From positions 768,001-832,000 of the forward strand of contig JBJMOW010000004.1 of assembly GCA_045803545.1 (NCBI GenBank): 64,000 nucleotides of DNA, given 5' to 3'. The notes beneath the pieces were generated by a model. The model worked only from the letters and a program-made list of their open reading frames with translations. It had not been told where the DNA came from and made no database searches. Of this stretch, positions 17,322 to 27,495 are shown piece after piece. Source of the stretch: Gemmatimonadaceae bacterium. Its GTDB lineage: Bacteria > Gemmatimonadota > Gemmatimonadetes > Gemmatimonadales > Gemmatimonadaceae. Each line of letters starts with the position of its first letter. The first letter of the stretch is position 1. A program made the position numbers and the translations under genes.

Positions 17322-19097
17322 CTACCAAGCCGGCATATGGAATAGCCTGCCAGAATCGTCTACGTCATGCAGGCGGAGAATTATCTCTTCCTCGCCGAAA
17401 GATATGCGTTCGCCACGCGCATCCACGGGAAGCTCGGCATCGATGACCGTGATAATGTGTTGGGTTCCGACGCTCGCATACGCGCGAATAGTGTCTAGCA
17501 GGTTGAGTTTCTTCCGGTCATCTAACGTCTCCAAGACCCCATCATGGTAAACGAAATGCGGATATTTGCGGCTCGAATAGGTTCGCAGCATTGCCATATC
17601 AAACGCAATACATAAAAGACGACCGTACGAAAAGCCTTCAGCCGCGCTGGTTGGCTGTCCCTCGGAGTCGACTATCTCTGCATGAAAATCCGGGTGACCT
17701 TCCTTGTTGACCTCAGTGTACATGTTGCCATGACGCCCGATGACGCGAAATACCACGTCGTCGAGCGAGCGCCTGATGTCCCCATACACACCTTCAGTTT
17801 GAACTAGAGATCTTTCCAACCTGGCCTGCGTGGCCAGCTTCTCGGCTTCAAGTTCTCGAATCGCTTGGCGTATAGCGAGCAGTTCCTCGACTGACTTCTG
17901 TCTGAGGCGAAGGATCTCAAATTCTGCCTGTCGATGAGATAGCCTACGGGTCAACGCCTTATACGAGGCTATCGCCTCAGCGTTGCTTAGGCTTTGGAGG
18001 GCCTCAGTACGCTTCTCGTTAAGGTTACTTAGCTCCGCCTCTAGGTCACGTGCCTTGGCGTCAAGTTCCGAAAGCTCATCGCGCAGGTAGCCGTCCCGCT
18101 CTTCGACAAGCTCCTTATTAAAACGTTCCAAGGCGCTGTAGTCTCTTCTGATTTGTTCACCGAAATAGATGTTAGCCTGCGCGAAAATCGACTCCAGCGT
18201 TTGAAGATTTACTGAGATTCGCTGTTCAAGGGCGCCTATGATGCGCGCTTTATCCGTTTCGACTGCGTAACGCTCGTCGTTGAGAACAGCGATTTGTTTA
18301 TCGACATCGCCGACAAGCGCTCGCGTAGTGCGGGCTTCTGAAGGGCCCAAGTTGAAATCCGCGAGTTCTTTGCTCAGCTGCTCCACATCCCTCTGTGCGA
18401 TCTCGACTACCCCGCGCACTTGGTCCAGAGTCTCGGAGCCCCCTGCGGTGTTTCGCAGGGACTTCGCTAGCGCGAGCTGCTCTTCGATGGTCGCCTCTAT
18501 GTCGTAAATACGACTCACCAACTCTGAATCCAAACCGAGGATGTGTGCCAAGAACGGTTTCCACTCCGCATGTTTCCCGACATGCTTGGAGAGCCGGAAG
18601 GGATCGTCGTAATCACTCTGCGTCCGTAAAGCATAAGCGAGTGCGTTACGGTAGGACCAAGGCTTCACCACATCTAAATCAAGGGCCGCGTCGAGAAGTT
18701 CACGCGCCTTCTCGAAAGGAACGGCCCAGTGTGTCCACTGATCATCAGCGGCTAAGGACCAGTCGCGGATCTGATCAGTATGGTATGCGAACGCCGGCTT
18801 ACTCGATTCAGAGACAGATCTCCGAACCGTCATGTACGAGCCTTCTTGTAGCTGGATTTCAAGAAAGAACACGAACGGCTGAAATTGTTCATGCTGAAAC
18901 AAGAAGAACGTCGGCGATCGCTTTTTCACCAGACAAAAGTCGATCAGTTGCGCCAGCAGTGATTTGCCGAGGTTGTGAGTGTCGCGTTCGCGAAGTTGTG
19001 GCTTCAGCACCTTGCCGAGGACAACGTTCAAGCCGTCTCTGAACTCAATGGGCGTAAAGAGGGAGGGACTATTTGAGTAGAGCCGACGGAGCTTCAT
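17322..19097 (-). CDS. lmuB: Lamassu/ABC-three-component SMC-like ATPase (DUF2326 type)
   Basis: Walker A THNLGKS, long coiled coil, signature SAAEGFSY, Walker B FVYHDG, C-terminal RLFHMPAW. Confidence 0.88.
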   Translation of the reverse strand: MKLRRLYSNSPSLFTPIEFRDGLNVVLGKVLKPQLRERDTHNLGKSLLAQLIDFCLVKKRSPTFFLFQHEQFQPFVFFLEIQLQEGSYMTVRRSVSESSKPAFAYHTDQIRDWSLAADDQWTHWAVPFEKARELLDAALDLDVVKPWSYRNALAYALRTQSDYDDPFRLSKHVGKHAEWKPFLAHILGLDSELVSRIYDIEATIEEQLALAKSLRNTAGGSETLDQVRGVVEIAQRDVEQLSKELADFNLGPSEARTTRALVGDVDKQIAVLNDERYAVETDKARIIGALEQRISVNLQTLESIFAQANIYFGEQIRRDYSALERFNKELVEERDGYLRDELSELDAKARDLEAELSNLNEKRTEALQSLSNAEAIASYKALTRRLSHRQAEFEILRLRQKSVEELLAIRQAIRELEAEKLATQARLERSLVQTEGVYGDIRRSLDDVVFRVIGRHGNMYTEVNKEGHPDFHAEIVDSEGQPTSAAEGFSYGRLLCIAFDMAMLRTYSSRKYPHFVYHDGVLETLDDRKKLNLLDTIRAYASVGTQHIITVIDAELPVDARGERISFGEEEIILRLHDVDDSGRLFHMPAW

Positions 19098-19330
19098 GGG
19101 CCGACGTATTCAATCGCGTCTGCTTTCCGACGGTAGGCAATCAAACCAAGCAGGAACAGCGTATGAAGCGCTGGGACGATAAGGGGGTCGACCTCAGCCC
19201 GAGTATTGTTAAGCCTGAGTCGCAAGTCCGTTAAGCTCACGATGCGTTGACTTCGGACGAGCTGTAGAGCATTCGCCGCGACTGGAACGACTGTCAGAGA
19301 AGGATCGGAGTGTTTATTCGGCCGCAGCAT
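19094..19330 (-). CDS. lmuC: Lamassu/ABC-3C middle component
   Basis: 78 aa, MLRPNKHSDP...PALHTLFLLGLIAY; overlaps both neighbours. Confidence 0.82.
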   Translation of the reverse strand: MLRPNKHSDPSLTVVPVAANALQLVRSQRIVSLTDLRLRLNNTRAEVDPLIVPALHTLFLLGLIAYRRKADAIEYVGP

Positions 19331-20264
19331 CGCTGGTTCCAATATCGCAGTTCCAATACATGTAATACAGCACAAGCTTAGTAAGTCGCTTTTTACTTCT
19401 GAGGTCGCCATCGCGTTCAAAAAGCAAGTTCTGAATGCGTACTAGAACTTTATCGAACGTGTCGTGGTCTGCGCGATGCGCGACTATCTGATCATGCAGC
19501 TCGGCCGCCGCGTCCAAGTATCGTTGAAGAACGGCGTCGTTTGCTGGGAGAGCCAAGAATCGCTTTATCTTATCGAAATCCTTCAGGTACTTTGACGTAA
19601 TCAGTTTGGCAAAATCTTCGGAAAGGCCATTTTCAGCGTTTTTTTGGCGGAACGATACCCTCTCAAGTTCGTCCACCTCTTCTGTTGCCGCGCTGAACAC
19701 GTCCCTGTCGCGATCGAGCGCAGTGATGGTCTCGGCCAAGTCATCAGGATTTATTAACAGCGGAGCATTTAAGATCTTGACATCAGCCGTGGTCGCAATC
19801 GTTGGGTGGCGCTTTAAGAGGACATCCATTCGCTCAACTCCAAACAACTCCACCCTTGTTACTCCTGTTTCGTTCAAAATTCGCTGCCTGATCTGCGAAT
19901 CAGAGACGCCGGCCAACCGTCGGTTCGAAAACAACATGTAGTTTTGAAGTTCACCTTGATTGACGAGGTTCCTAATCCTAGGGATCTCTTTAGACAGTAC
20001 CGAGCTATCTGTCTGCCCGGAAAAATCTGTGTCGCTGAATTTTCCAACTGGATTTTCAGTGTGTTTCGCCTGAACAACGAACTTTCCCGAGAGTGGAGCA
20101 TTCTCGCTTGGAAACCTGCTAGCGGTTCCTTCAAAGCGGGCGTCCCGACCGCCGTCTGGTCCAGTCGAAAACGGCTGAACACCATCACCGAGAATTTCGA
20201 AACACGTTGCGACGACGATGCGTTCAAAGGAGTCCGATGTCGCATCAAAGTAGGGCACTCTCAA
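19314..20264 (-). CDS. lmuA: Lamassu/ABC-3C effector: Mrr-like PD-(D/E)xK nuclease plus C-terminal domain
   Basis: FERIV, GPDGGRDARF, VVQAKHT nuclease motifs; C-terminus LVLYYMYWNCDIG; start TTG. Confidence 0.85.
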   Translation of the reverse strand: MRVPYFDATSDSFERIVVATCFEILGDGVQPFSTGPDGGRDARFEGTASRFPSENAPLSGKFVVQAKHTENPVGKFSDTDFSGQTDSSVLSKEIPRIRNLVNQGELQNYMLFSNRRLAGVSDSQIRQRILNETGVTRVELFGVERMDVLLKRHPTIATTADVKILNAPLLINPDDLAETITALDRDRDVFSAATEEVDELERVSFRQKNAENGLSEDFAKLITSKYLKDFDKIKRFLALPANDAVLQRYLDAAAELHDQIVAHRADHDTFDKVLVRIQNLLFERDGDLRSKKRLTKLVLYYMYWNCDIGTSDAAAE

Positions 20265-20534
20265 GCTTTTAGCTCCAAGTCAGGCGAAACTCTGATCCAT
20301 CGCCGATTTCTATACCCCAACCTCCGACAAGCCCTCATTTGCTGCAATTATCTCATAGGTGGCCTGCCGCTTCACAACGCCGAAGGTTTTCCTTAGCATT
20401 GCCGCCACAGCTTCTATCGATCCTCTGGGCGATTTCCGCCGTTGAATGATCGGGGGGTGGATTTACCGCATGCGTCTCAGTCCGGACGGCGGCAAATTCA
20501 ACGGCCGCGACGGATTTAGATCGTCTTGCCAATG

Positions 20535-21230
20535 TCACGGCGATAGCGATTTCTTGCCTGCTTCGATAAGAAGTTGCTTTCCGATCTCCGCCGTGGTCGT
20601 TTTGAGGAGCTTAGCGTTCTCGGGGTCGTTGAAAAAGGAGGAAAGTCGAACCATGACGCTCCCTGCGAATCCTGGCTTCTTGAGTGACTCCACCGTTCCT
20701 TTAAGGGTCTCGATCTCTTTGTGGAGTTGGTCGGCTTTCCGCCGAAGCTCCTTTTGATTGGCATCCGCGCTCTCGAGCTGCGCGAGCAGGTTAGTTTCTA
20801 GCTCATCGAGTTTGCGGCGCATCTCGGCCGCCTCTTCCTTGGTAAAATATTCATCCTCGAGAGTATCAAATTGGGAGAGCATCTCACTGATGGCTTTACT
20901 CTGTTCGGAGATCTGCCGCATCACAGGAGGAGCGACCAGATCCTCTAGAACTCGGTTAGCCCATTCTTGAATCGTGCCGCTTAGGTGATACGTCGAAACC
21001 GTGCCAGATTCTCGTTGCGCTACTGATCCAGGTGCCGCCATGTACGAAAAGTCGGATCCTGCGTTGGCCTTTACCGAAAGTCGGAAGAAGAAGCGCGAGT
21101 CGAATCTATAGGAAATCGTAAGAGTCGTCGTGCCCTCCTTCTCCGTCTGATCGAAGGTGAACTCCTCGACGGAAAATTTGCTACGCTCAAGGCTTTCACG
21201 AATTGACGAAATGATCTTGTCTCTTAACAC
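20535..21230 (-). CDS. Hypothetical coiled-coil protein in the defence island
   Basis: Long ORF (open to 21338; probable GTG start 21230) with lower GC and a heptad-rich C-terminal half. Confidence 0.75.
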   Translation of the reverse strand: MLRDKIISSIRESLERSKFSVEEFTFDQTEKEGTTTLTISYRFDSRFFFRLSVKANAGSDFSYMAAPGSVAQRESGTVSTYHLSGTIQEWANRVLEDLVAPPVMRQISEQSKAISEMLSQFDTLEDEYFTKEEAAEMRRKLDELETNLLAQLESADANQKELRRKADQLHKEIETLKGTVESLKKPGFAGSVMVRLSSFFNDPENAKLLKTTTAEIGKQLLIEAGKKSLSP

Positions 21231-21463
21231 CGGGTCCCTGCCGAGTAGTGGGCCAAAGTCATGGTAGATTCGCCCGATCGGAGTCTCGTCCAAACTTCCT
21301 ACAGGGTGCAAAAGGGCGAAATGTCTATTTTGTATCATCCTACTGTCGTTTTTCTATCACTTGGAGGTCCGAGGCTAAAAAGGAGTGCTCAATCACGGCA
21401 AGTACGTCGGCCAAAAAAGAGGTAGTTCATTTCTCTGGATGGCTGCCTAGCGGGCGACATTCC

Positions 21464-22909
21464 CTAATATCCTACTCGCGCGCCCTCAGCATCGACCGCG
21501 TTCGTCGTGCTGCCGCCGAAATAGATCCCCACCCCAATGACATTTGCGACCAGAATCACCGTGATGATCTTCAGCGCGAATATCCGCCAACTTGCGACCT
21601 CGATAATCGGAAACACCGATAGCGTCGAATAAAGCAGCGACATCGCGAATCCGGATGCAGACGCGATCTTCAACCAGAGTGGCGGCTTCCGCTGAAGATT
21701 CCGAGCGCCGAAGAGTGGAATCGCAAACAGCCCCAGGTACGTGAACGCGTAAAGAATCCCCGCAGCGTTCTCCAGCAGCTGAAACGCTTCCTGGACGCCG
21801 ACGCCGATCTGACCTGCGAGTGAGAATGCGATCGTGATCGCGCTCACCAATAGAATGGAATTGACCGGCGTTCTGAACCGCGGATGCAGTCGCGTGAACC
21901 AGCTCGGTAGCAGATTGTCCCAGCCCGCGACGAGCGGCAGACGGGTGTTGCCGTTGAACAACATCGTCACCACTCCCATGTGTCGCAGCAGTAACAACAA
22001 AATCAGCGCGGGCGCGATGAGCCGCATTGCGCCCGTTCCCTCGAAGCCCACACTCAGCGCCTGCGGAATCGGGCTCACCAGATCGATGCGGTCTCTCGGC
22101 ACCAGCGAGATCACGCTGTCGGTGCCGAGTATGAACATTAGTGCGATGATCGGCGCGGCGACCAGCACCGAGCGCGTGATGGTACGACTGGCGCTGCGCG
22201 TTTCGCCGGCCATGATCGCGACGTACTCGAACCCACTCAGCGCGCCCAGTCCCATCTTCCCGAAGATGTTGAGGCTGAACGGAGTAAGTTTTGGCGCCGA
22301 GATGTCGAGCGGGTGGTACGCGACGGACCGCCCATGCGCGAGTGCAACGAACGGCACAATCAACAGCGCGGCGAAAGTGAGCACGTGCGCAGCTCCGCCA
22401 ACATCCTGCACCCAGCGACCAACACGCAGGCCGAACACCGCGATTATCGTCACCGCCATCAGCGCCAGTGTGCTGACGATCGGCGTGTACCACCACAGAT
22501 GCGAAAGTGCCGCGCTGCTTCCGCTCAGTAAATAGGCGGCATTCGTCGCGATGGTGACGCCGAAGGTGGCGCCGATCAGCACCGCGTACGCCCACAGATT
22601 CCAGGCGAGCATGAATCCGGCGAACCGCCCGAGAGCAATCGATGTCCACTGGTACAGGCCACCTTCGAGTGGCATCAGCCGCGAGAGGAAGATCACGACC
22701 GCGGCCTGCGGCAGATAATAGAACACGATCGCCAGCAGCCAGAAAACCGTATGCGCGCTGCCGAGTTTTGCCGCGACCCCGACCCAGCTCGCGCCGACCA
22801 CGTACATGATCTGCATCAGGACGAGGTCGGTTAGCCCGAGCTCTTTCCCGAGCCCGGCACTCCTGGCCTCGACTTCGGCGACACGATCTGATGCTAGCTG
22901 GGTGGACAA
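21464..22909 (-). CDS. APC-family amino acid/polyamine permease
   Basis: About 12 TM segments; PLEGGLYQW, SGFE...AGE, LPSWFTRLHPRFRTP. Confidence 0.93.
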   Translation of the reverse strand: MSTQLASDRVAEVEARSAGLGKELGLTDLVLMQIMYVVGASWVGVAAKLGSAHTVFWLLAIVFYYLPQAAVVIFLSRLMPLEGGLYQWTSIALGRFAGFMLAWNLWAYAVLIGATFGVTIATNAAYLLSGSSAALSHLWWYTPIVSTLALMAVTIIAVFGLRVGRWVQDVGGAAHVLTFAALLIVPFVALAHGRSVAYHPLDISAPKLTPFSLNIFGKMGLGALSGFEYVAIMAGETRSASRTITRSVLVAAPIIALMFILGTDSVISLVPRDRIDLVSPIPQALSVGFEGTGAMRLIAPALILLLLLRHMGVVTMLFNGNTRLPLVAGWDNLLPSWFTRLHPRFRTPVNSILLVSAITIAFSLAGQIGVGVQEAFQLLENAAGILYAFTYLGLFAIPLFGARNLQRKPPLWLKIASASGFAMSLLYSTLSVFPIIEVASWRIFALKIITVILVANVIGVGIYFGGSTTNAVDAEGARVGY

Positions 22910-22961
22910 GACCTCAAAGCTTCACCGTCCAGAGAATAGCGCAACCGACGCCCTGCTTTTG

Positions 22962-24431
22962 CTAATCTTCTTCGTCAGCGCAGAACCACCAGGGGCTGGT
23001 GCGCACTCGGAGCATTAGTAGAGCACCCAGAGTCCATGCCTCACGCCGACGACTCTTGCTGTGGAGTGAAGCGAGCGCGATGCGAAAGTGATCGAGCGCT
23101 CGCATACGCGCGAGCTCACCTTCGGATTTCGGCGGCACAGAATCGACGTAGTCTCCAGAATCAGTTTGCGATAACTGGAATATCGCTGAGTACGCCGCAC
23201 CCACGTAGAACTGAACGAGCGGATCTCTGTCTCCACGTCGAATGTCGGCTTCGCCGCGGTCGATCATTGTTCGATAGAAATCAGCACTTTTCGCGCATTC
23301 CTTGTCCTCGTCGAAACCCCGAGCCAATAGTCTGACGAACGCGAGATGACCTACCCGACCGAGTGAGTCGAGTGCGTACGCTTGCCATAACCACGGACGG
23401 GCGAAGGCCGATGAGGGATCGAATCCGTGAACTTCCGAGCCCGTGTTGATCGACTGTAGAGTGTCGTACAGCCGGACCGCGGCTCTATTGCCATACGGTG
23501 GTGGCGGATAGGCAATGGTCGCAAAGCGGACGATGTCGGCAGCGAGCAGTGCAGCTGCCTGGCGAGCAGAATCGAGGTGCGGCGCGGTATCTCGCGTAGC
23601 GATGTAGGCGCGAATGAGCGCCGAGTCGGCTGCCGGATTGCGCAAGGTGTCCGAGTGCGCCTTAGGTCGGCGAAGCTCGGCGAGCATCGTTCGCAGATCT
23701 GCACCAATCGACGGCAGCCCGGCCCAGGCAATCGCTGAATCGGCATCGACCAGGGTCTCTTTGCCGGCTTCGCCATTCTGTTTAGACTCTTCCTGCCAAT
23801 TCGCGGTGAAGAAGTCGTTATCGGTTACGGCGCTGCTTTGGCTGTACGCCTCGACAATCACTTTGCGGCCAGTGGCGCCACGTGTAGTTGCGAGCAGGAC
23901 TCGCGCGCGCGGCTTGCTCCAGGTTTTGCTGTCAGTCCATCCCTCGATCGTGCCCTCACTGAGTCGCGTCCCTGCAGTCGGGTCTCCGAGCTTTGCTGCG
24001 ATTGCCTTGGTGATTTCATCGTCGAGCGCGACAGCGGTGACAGAATCCATTTCGTCAGTTTCGACCAAAATCGTCGTCAGGCGACACAGCTGGGCATCGG
24101 CGTCTAGTGTATCGGCAGGGAGTTGTTCGGCTGGAGGCGGGATAATTCTGAAGACCGCGAACCGCCTCGCGTGATGATTCGCTACGTTCGCGTCACTGAT
24201 TGAGGTTCGGCAGAAGGAGCGATCCTCGGAGTACAGCGGGTAGACGCTCGATAGACTGTCTTTCGGATTTGACTTGAGCCAGTTACCGAGTGTCGCGGTC
24301 GTGTCCAGCATCGTCGTGGCGGCGAGGACTGCGATATCGTCGCTGTGGACCTGTTGGGAGTCGACTTTTTCGCAGCAAGGAAGCAGAACGCACGCAAGAG
24401 CGGCCAGCGAGAGAGGAGAAGACAGGCGCAT
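22962..24431 (-). CDS. Hypothetical exported/lipoprotein
   Basis: Signal with LLPCC; helical C-terminal half; no family recognised. Confidence 0.7.
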   Translation of the reverse strand: MRLSSPLSLAALACVLLPCCEKVDSQQVHSDDIAVLAATTMLDTTATLGNWLKSNPKDSLSSVYPLYSEDRSFCRTSISDANVANHHARRFAVFRIIPPPAEQLPADTLDADAQLCRLTTILVETDEMDSVTAVALDDEITKAIAAKLGDPTAGTRLSEGTIEGWTDSKTWSKPRARVLLATTRGATGRKVIVEAYSQSSAVTDNDFFTANWQEESKQNGEAGKETLVDADSAIAWAGLPSIGADLRTMLAELRRPKAHSDTLRNPAADSALIRAYIATRDTAPHLDSARQAAALLAADIVRFATIAYPPPPYGNRAAVRLYDTLQSINTGSEVHGFDPSSAFARPWLWQAYALDSLGRVGHLAFVRLLARGFDEDKECAKSADFYRTMIDRGEADIRRGDRDPLVQFYVGAAYSAIFQLSQTDSGDYVDSVPPKSEGELARMRALDHFRIALASLHSKSRRREAWTLGALLMLRVRTSPWWFCADEED

Positions 24432-24548
24432 ACTTCAAACACGATTTCCAATCGGCAGCGCAACGCGGTAACCAGCATGCGCGGCAGTAAAACTCAGGGA
24501 GTGTCGATTTCTTATCGGACGCCGCCGATCGAGGTGCGGTGAGACACG

Positions 24549-25910
24549 TCAACGCGCAGCTATATCTGCCGCCCGACCATACACGGAAACAAATCCGCGC
24601 CCGGTACTGACTAAGCCCTGATAGTCACCTGGCCACGAGAGCGGCATTGAGTCGAGCTCGCTCGATGAACCCGCGACCAGACCGTGCTCTGTCATCTGAA
24701 GCGGTGTTCGCTGCAATCGCATCGTCGTCTCCGCCTGTGTTCGTGCAGCGAAGTCAGCTTCCAGATACGTGATCGCCACCTCGTCGCTTGGACTCGCCGC
24801 GATCTGCGGCAGCCAGGCCGTCACGCTGCTGTCCGCGGACACCGGTATCGGTTCGGCCCAGCGAGCTCCGTCGGCCGACCAGGTGACCGATACTCTTCGC
24901 AGCGGCGCGATTCCCGGCCGCGCCTCCGTGAAAGCGATCGCGACGCGTCCGCTCTTCGGAAGTACAACTGCGTGCACGATGTCGTCGGCAAATACAAAGG
25001 CGTTGCTATCCGTCGGCAAGTGCGTCGGCGGCGCTTGTCGAATTTGTGCGGCGATATGCTCGGGGCTCCAGTCGTCACCGCCATTATCCGATGTCATGAC
25101 GCCGATGACCATCCCCGTAGAGTTGCGGCGTGTGTACACCGCATACAATCTCCCGGAGCGCGGATCCACTTTGATCTGCGGCGCGCCAATTCGCTCGCGG
25201 TTGACCCGTGGCGTGATGAGACGAAGCGGCTCCCAGCTGCGTCCTCCATCCTTCGAGCGTGCGAAGCCGAGTTGACCGAAATAGGTGCGAGGTGTCGGCC
25301 ACTCGCCGTGGGTGGTCGCGACATAAACCCACTCGTTGCGGACCGGATCCGCAGTGATCGCGAGATTGTCGAACGCGATTGTCTTTGACGACGCGATTGC
25401 GATGGCCCTCGGCCGCTCCCATGAGCGACCGGCATCGCCTGAGGCCGCCACGACGAGAGCGCTCACCAGATCAGGGCCACCGCCTGGATTCGGAGTCCAC
25501 GCGATGGCGGACGCGTAGACTCGATGGTTGGGTCCGAACTCAACCCACGGATCGCTGGCGCGCTCCGCATCCGGAACCGGACCGCCCGCGCATGCATTGA
25601 TCGCCGCAGTGTGAGGTTTGGTCCAGGTCTTTCCACTGTCGGTGGATCGCGACCATTGAATGGCCGAACCGTGCGAGCCGTGGGTCTGCCAAACGGCGAT
25701 CAGTTTCGTTGCGTCGCGTGGGTCAGCGGCGATGTACGCTTCGTCGTCGACAAATGCGTGCGTTGGACCAGCCGCGTGTGTCAGACATCGAAGTCCGTAG
25801 CCATCGATGGCTGCATCGTTGCTAATGAGTACGAAGCGTTGTGGCTGAGTAAGAACGCCGAAAATAAGAAGCGGCGTAGCAAGCGCGACTGCCAGGCGAG
25901 GTCGCAGCAC
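24549..25910 (-). CDS. Sialidase-like BNR/Asp-box beta-propeller protein
   Basis: Asp-boxes STDSGKTW, SGDAGRSW, SKDGGRSW, SDNGGDDW, SADGARW; C-terminal GDY; SD GGAGG before GTG 25910. Confidence 0.85.
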   Translation of the reverse strand: MLRPRLAVALATPLLIFGVLTQPQRFVLISNDAAIDGYGLRCLTHAAGPTHAFVDDEAYIAADPRDATKLIAVWQTHGSHGSAIQWSRSTDSGKTWTKPHTAAINACAGGPVPDAERASDPWVEFGPNHRVYASAIAWTPNPGGGPDLVSALVVAASGDAGRSWERPRAIAIASSKTIAFDNLAITADPVRNEWVYVATTHGEWPTPRTYFGQLGFARSKDGGRSWEPLRLITPRVNRERIGAPQIKVDPRSGRLYAVYTRRNSTGMVIGVMTSDNGGDDWSPEHIAAQIRQAPPTHLPTDSNAFVFADDIVHAVVLPKSGRVAIAFTEARPGIAPLRRVSVTWSADGARWAEPIPVSADSSVTAWLPQIAASPSDEVAITYLEADFAARTQAETTMRLQRTPLQMTEHGLVAGSSSELDSMPLSWPGDYQGLVSTGRGFVSVYGRAADIAAR

Positions 25911-26050
25911 GACATCCTCCAGAATCTGCAGACTCGGACTCCGCTGCCGTGGCACTTGGTTGCGGTTTCCGAGTCCGTGGATTGTCGTGCGGGGTGCCTC
26001 CCACAATCACAATATTACTCGAACGGCGGCGGGGAATCACGAAGTGGCGC

Positions 26051-26440
26051 TTACGGTGTGGTCCGCGGCTTAACCGCGCGCATGCGCCACAGCGCGCGCG
26101 CCGAGAGGATGACGCCAAACGTGCCGGTTACACCGAGGGCGTAAAGCGTCCAGACGAAAAAGAAGGCTCCGGCGGACCGTTTGACGCCGACGCCCGCTGC
26201 CGACATATGGATGACCGGCATACCTACGGCGATGATCGAGCCGATAAGAACAATGACGAGGCCCCATCGCCGATCGCTCCACAACAGCGTCGCGCAGAGA
26301 TAGACCACGAGTATGGCGATCCCGACGAGGTTGGTGAGCCCACCTGCCGCAAAACCGAGCACGATGTCCTCTGAAATGTGGAGCGACAACAATAGAATCG
26401 AGATCAGGGACGTCACCGTGAGCATCACACTGGATTTCAT
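26051..26440 (-). CDS. Four-TM hypothetical membrane protein
   Basis: Four hydrophobic helices from MKSSVML. Confidence 0.75.
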   Translation of the reverse strand: MKSSVMLTVTSLISILLLSLHISEDIVLGFAAGGLTNLVGIAILVVYLCATLLWSDRRWGLVIVLIGSIIAVGMPVIHMSAAGVGVKRSAGAFFFVWTLYALGVTGTFGVILSARALWRMRAVKPRTTP

Positions 26441-26518
26441 CGCAGGCCTCTTTTGTCGGTTGAAACAGAGTCGTCGTGTTCTGCGTACGAATAACTTAGT
26501 CCTTAGTTTCAGGCACCC

Positions 26519-27478
26519 ATGAGAGCGATCATCTATCGCGAGTTTGGTTCGCCTGACGTGCTCAAGGTCGAGCACGTCGATAAACCGGTGCCCGCTACCG
26601 GCGAAGTCCTCGTCGCAGTGCGCGCAGCTGCGGTCAACATGTTCGACTGGTACATGGTGCGAGGGAAGCCGCGCGTCTTTCGCCTCGTTCTCGGTTCACA
26701 TCCGAAGCCGCTCGGCGTCGATCTCGCCGGAGTAGTCGAGGCGATTGGATCCGGCGTCACCCGGTTCGGGCCGGGCGACCAGGTCTACGGAACCGGACGT
26801 GGAAAGTCGGTTCGCCCGAAGACCGGCTCCTTCGCCGAGTATGTGTGTGTCGCCGAAAATATGGTGGAGGCGAAGCCGCGCAACGTGACGTTCGAGCAGG
26901 CGGCGGCAGTCCCCGTTGCCGGATTCACCGCGCTGCAGGGACTTCGCAATCACGGCCTGCTGAAGCCAGGACACAAGATGCTGGTCAATGGAGCGTCGGG
27001 CGGGATCGGAACCTTTGCGGTGCAGATCGCCAAAGCGTTCGGAGCCGATGTCACCGGTGTGTGCAGCACGCGGAATGTCGAGATGGTGCGCCGGATCGGC
27101 GCCGATCACGTCATCGATTACACGCGTGATAGTTTTGCGGATGGTGCGATGCGCTACGACGTCATCCTCGACATCGTCGGCAACAAGTCGTGGGCGGAGT
27201 GCCGACGCATGCTGACAACGAATGGAAAGTATGTCGCGGCTGGTGGTCCGCCGCGCCGCGCGTTACCTCTGTTGCTGCGGGAGCCATTCACGCGAGGCAA
27301 GCTCACCACATTCGTTGCGCGCGCCAATCCCGGCGATCTCGCCGTGCTGCGGCAATTGATCGAAAGCGGCAGCGTAACTCCCATCATTGACCGCACCTAC
27401 CGTCTCGAGGAAACGGCCGAGGCAGTGAGGTACGTCGCGGCGGGTCACACTCGAGGCAAGGTCGTGATTACGTGTTAA
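26519..27478 (+). CDS. MDR-family NAD(P)-dependent alcohol dehydrogenase/quinone reductase
   Basis: LGVDLAGVV, GSFAEY, LVNGASGGIG, HTRGKVVI. Confidence 0.93.
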   Translation: MRAIIYREFGSPDVLKVEHVDKPVPATGEVLVAVRAAAVNMFDWYMVRGKPRVFRLVLGSHPKPLGVDLAGVVEAIGSGVTRFGPGDQVYGTGRGKSVRPKTGSFAEYVCVAENMVEAKPRNVTFEQAAAVPVAGFTALQGLRNHGLLKPGHKMLVNGASGGIGTFAVQIAKAFGADVTGVCSTRNVEMVRRIGADHVIDYTRDSFADGAMRYDVILDIVGNKSWAECRRMLTTNGKYVAAGGPPRRALPLLLREPFTRGKLTTFVARANPGDLAVLRQLIESGSVTPIIDRTYRLEETAEAVRYVAAGHTRGKVVITC

Positions 27479-27495
27479 GCGCCGCGCCTGCCGGG

